This document shows, piece after piece, positions 61,721 to 64,000 of a stretch of 64,000 nucleotides of DNA (its first letter is position 1; every line of letters begins with the position of its first letter). This DNA comes from Callorhinchus milii (taxonomy: Eukaryota). The notes under the pieces are model-generated. The model worked only from the letters and a program-made list of their open reading frames with translations, was not told the DNA's origin and ran no database searches. The stretch is from NCBI RefSeq assembly GCF_018977255.1, contig NW_024704743.1:93126001-93190000 (forward strand). The letters are read 5' to 3'. A program made the position numbers and the translations under genes.

Positions 61721-63909
61721 ATTATCAGGATATTTGAGTTACAGTACAATTATACAGCATCTTTCATATTGGAATGATATCTGAAAGTGCTTGAAAATAC
61801 CAGCTGTATCAGAGCTTGGGGGGAGAAGGAAAAGATGAGTTTAACTATTATTATGGAGGTGTCTTAATTATGCTTTCTTTATACATTTTAGTCAGCTGTA
61901 GCTATCACAGTAGGCACTGAAGAGAGGAGTGCATCATTGATTTCTGATTTTCATTGAGAGAATAACGATTCTCATGTCATCACTGTAAGATTAACATGTA
62001 TTGATTAACAATTAATCACTGATACATAAATATTTCCTGACAAAAACTAAATGAATGAGGAACTGAAGGGACAAAGCAAAGGTTGATTAATAATCTTTAC
62101 ATTCGATATACAGTGGAGTCACATTATATCTCGTGAGTTGGGATGCTTAAAATCCCAACCTAGACAAAAACAAAGACAAAATAGTGTAGCACAATAATGT
62201 AGCTGGACAATCTGTTTCCTATGCACTGGTTAATTCCTGCACTGAAAAAGAAGCCATTTACCAGGTCATAAGGTTGCTGCCGATGTCGCTTCTTGTGTGT
62301 TTTGCATGCGCATTAGGTGAGCTAATGATCTGGAAGCCAGACATTTTTATCCTTAAAATGGTGGATTTCTGGGTCATTAAATCTACACCAATGTCACTTC
62401 ATGAGTGGAGGAAGTGATTCCAGTGAAAAACTGAAGCTTTAATGCGAAAACCAATTGGCGCTTGGGAAATAAATAGGCAAGCTGTGAATCTGATAAGTCA
62501 GTGGGTCCACATCATAACCATGTTGAAACCAAATCAAAGAAGCACCTGAAACATGGCCACCAATTTCCTTAAAGCTCACCCGAACAAACAGAATGGAATC
62601 AAAAGATCACAAAATTAGTTTGGATAAAGAAGGCATTTTTGGCCAATCTGACCTCATCCCTCTAGAACTCCCACCCTTGGATTAATGGCTCACCTGAGGG
62701 ACAGCACCTCCAACAAGCTGACAAAACCCTGTATGATCTGAAAGTCCTGATGTGGAGTTTAAACCATCAACCTTCTGATCCAAAGAGGAATTGTTAACAA
62801 ATGAGTCAGACTGACATTGAACGGATTTCTGTTCCACTTTATTAGCTTCTGAATATCACTCGTGAGGATATCATCACAATAACTCTTTCAGCATGTTCAC
62901 TTACCTGAGCCATCAAAGAGTTATTTTTGTGGTTCCATTCTGATTCCTGTTTGACTATTTTCCATTAATATGCTCAGGTCAACTTCATGTACTGTTTATT
63001 GATAAATTTGGAATTGGTTTTCAGGCAATTGGAGATGCATTTAATCAATGTGTATGCCAACAATGACGTATCTAAGATTTTTAATCTTTATTAATATTAG
63101 AGTAATATTTCAGCAATTAAGCATTTTCTAACATCTCGGTAGTGTGACTGCCGGAAATGCTAGGTGATTTTTGAGTTTCATACCATATGAGCTGAAATCT
63201 AAATAAATGACTAATTTATAATTCCTTGGAGATGAAGGTTAAAATAATTGAATCATTCAATGGTAAACAAAAGTGGACTTTCAGGATGGGTAAAAGTCAA
63301 TTAATTTGCATGGATTTCAATTTTTGTACATAAAAGCATTATTTATTCATACCTATCAGAAATATAAATGCATGCTATGAAGGTTTTGATGTGCTTTGGT
63401 CTAATAGCTGGCTTCACGCAATACCATTATGAAATAGATTTCCATTAACATTTCCGTGGTAAATATAGACTTTGAATTGCAACTTATTGCAACTGCTTGT
63501 TTTCTCTGTGTATAATGCAGTTCTCTGTAAAATATAGCATGCACGTGATCACGTTCCATGAACAATTAAGATCAGGAACAAAAGCCCATCAATAGAATAC
63601 AGAGAAAAATGTGACACATTGAAACAATTAAGCACTTAGCATCTTGAGCCAGATTGTGCTGCAATGGCACAGGGGCAATGGAAACTGTTATCTCGTGTCT
63701 CAGAACTTGCTTGAAACACAAGTGCTTAAGGTTAATCATGTTCCATAAAGTGCAGTACAATAAATGTTGGCCCTTTAATCCAAGGTCTGATCCATAGTCA
63801 TGTGGTAACCTTGTTAATTTTAGCTAGGGTGGCAGCAGAGTTGTTGCTTTGATCTTAGTAGATCTTTGTGTGTCAACTCGGTTCACTCGGCTCACAGTCC
63901 TCTTGACTC

Positions 63910-64000
63910 TCAAGAGGACGTCCCAAAGTGTTTCACAGGATATACAGTAAAGTAATGTGTTTTGTAGGTCAATTTATGCACAGCCATGTGTCACAAACAG
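63910..64000 (-). mobile_element. SINE tail running off the window end
   Basis: ggacgtcccaaagtgtttcacag...cacaaacag. Other isolated tails at ~23503, 26985, 29615, 44003, 49125, 57340 and 60380. Confidence 0.7.

Noticed and set aside
1..64000. CRISPR arrays, operons, rRNA or prokaryotic defence systems
   Set aside because: Eukaryotic intron-exon DNA; the recurring motifs are dispersed retroposon tails, not regularly spaced repeats.

Overview
Vertebrate genomic DNA, most likely from a cartilaginous fish (inferred from the L2/CR1 LINE and Deu-type SINE repertoire). It holds the 5' half of NETO1 (neuropilin and tolloid-like 1, a kainate/NMDA-receptor auxiliary subunit) on the minus strand. Six coding exons of 34, 54, 138, 249, 42 and 128 nt have GT-AG boundaries and splice in frame to 215 codons: signal peptide, CUB1 and the start of CUB2. 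The gene continues beyond position 1. Intron 4 is 44,349 bp. A CpG-rich, microsatellite-rich promoter/5'UTR lies at about 50.4-53.4 kb. Nearly all long ORFs in the track are decayed L2 or CR1 ORF2 fragments or low-complexity artefacts. I see no novel multi-gene system. The most interesting unexplained structures are: a 209-bp inverted duplication fused to an L2 3' end, with microhomology and a TSD; a multi-hairpin element in intron 4 flanked by candidate splice sites; an 88-codon overlapping uORF across exons 1-3; inverted L2 copies bracketing exons 5-6; modular SINE families sharing one tail; and tandem CTCF-like sites. Repeat family names and human comparisons are from memory, not database searches, and repeat boundaries are approximate.
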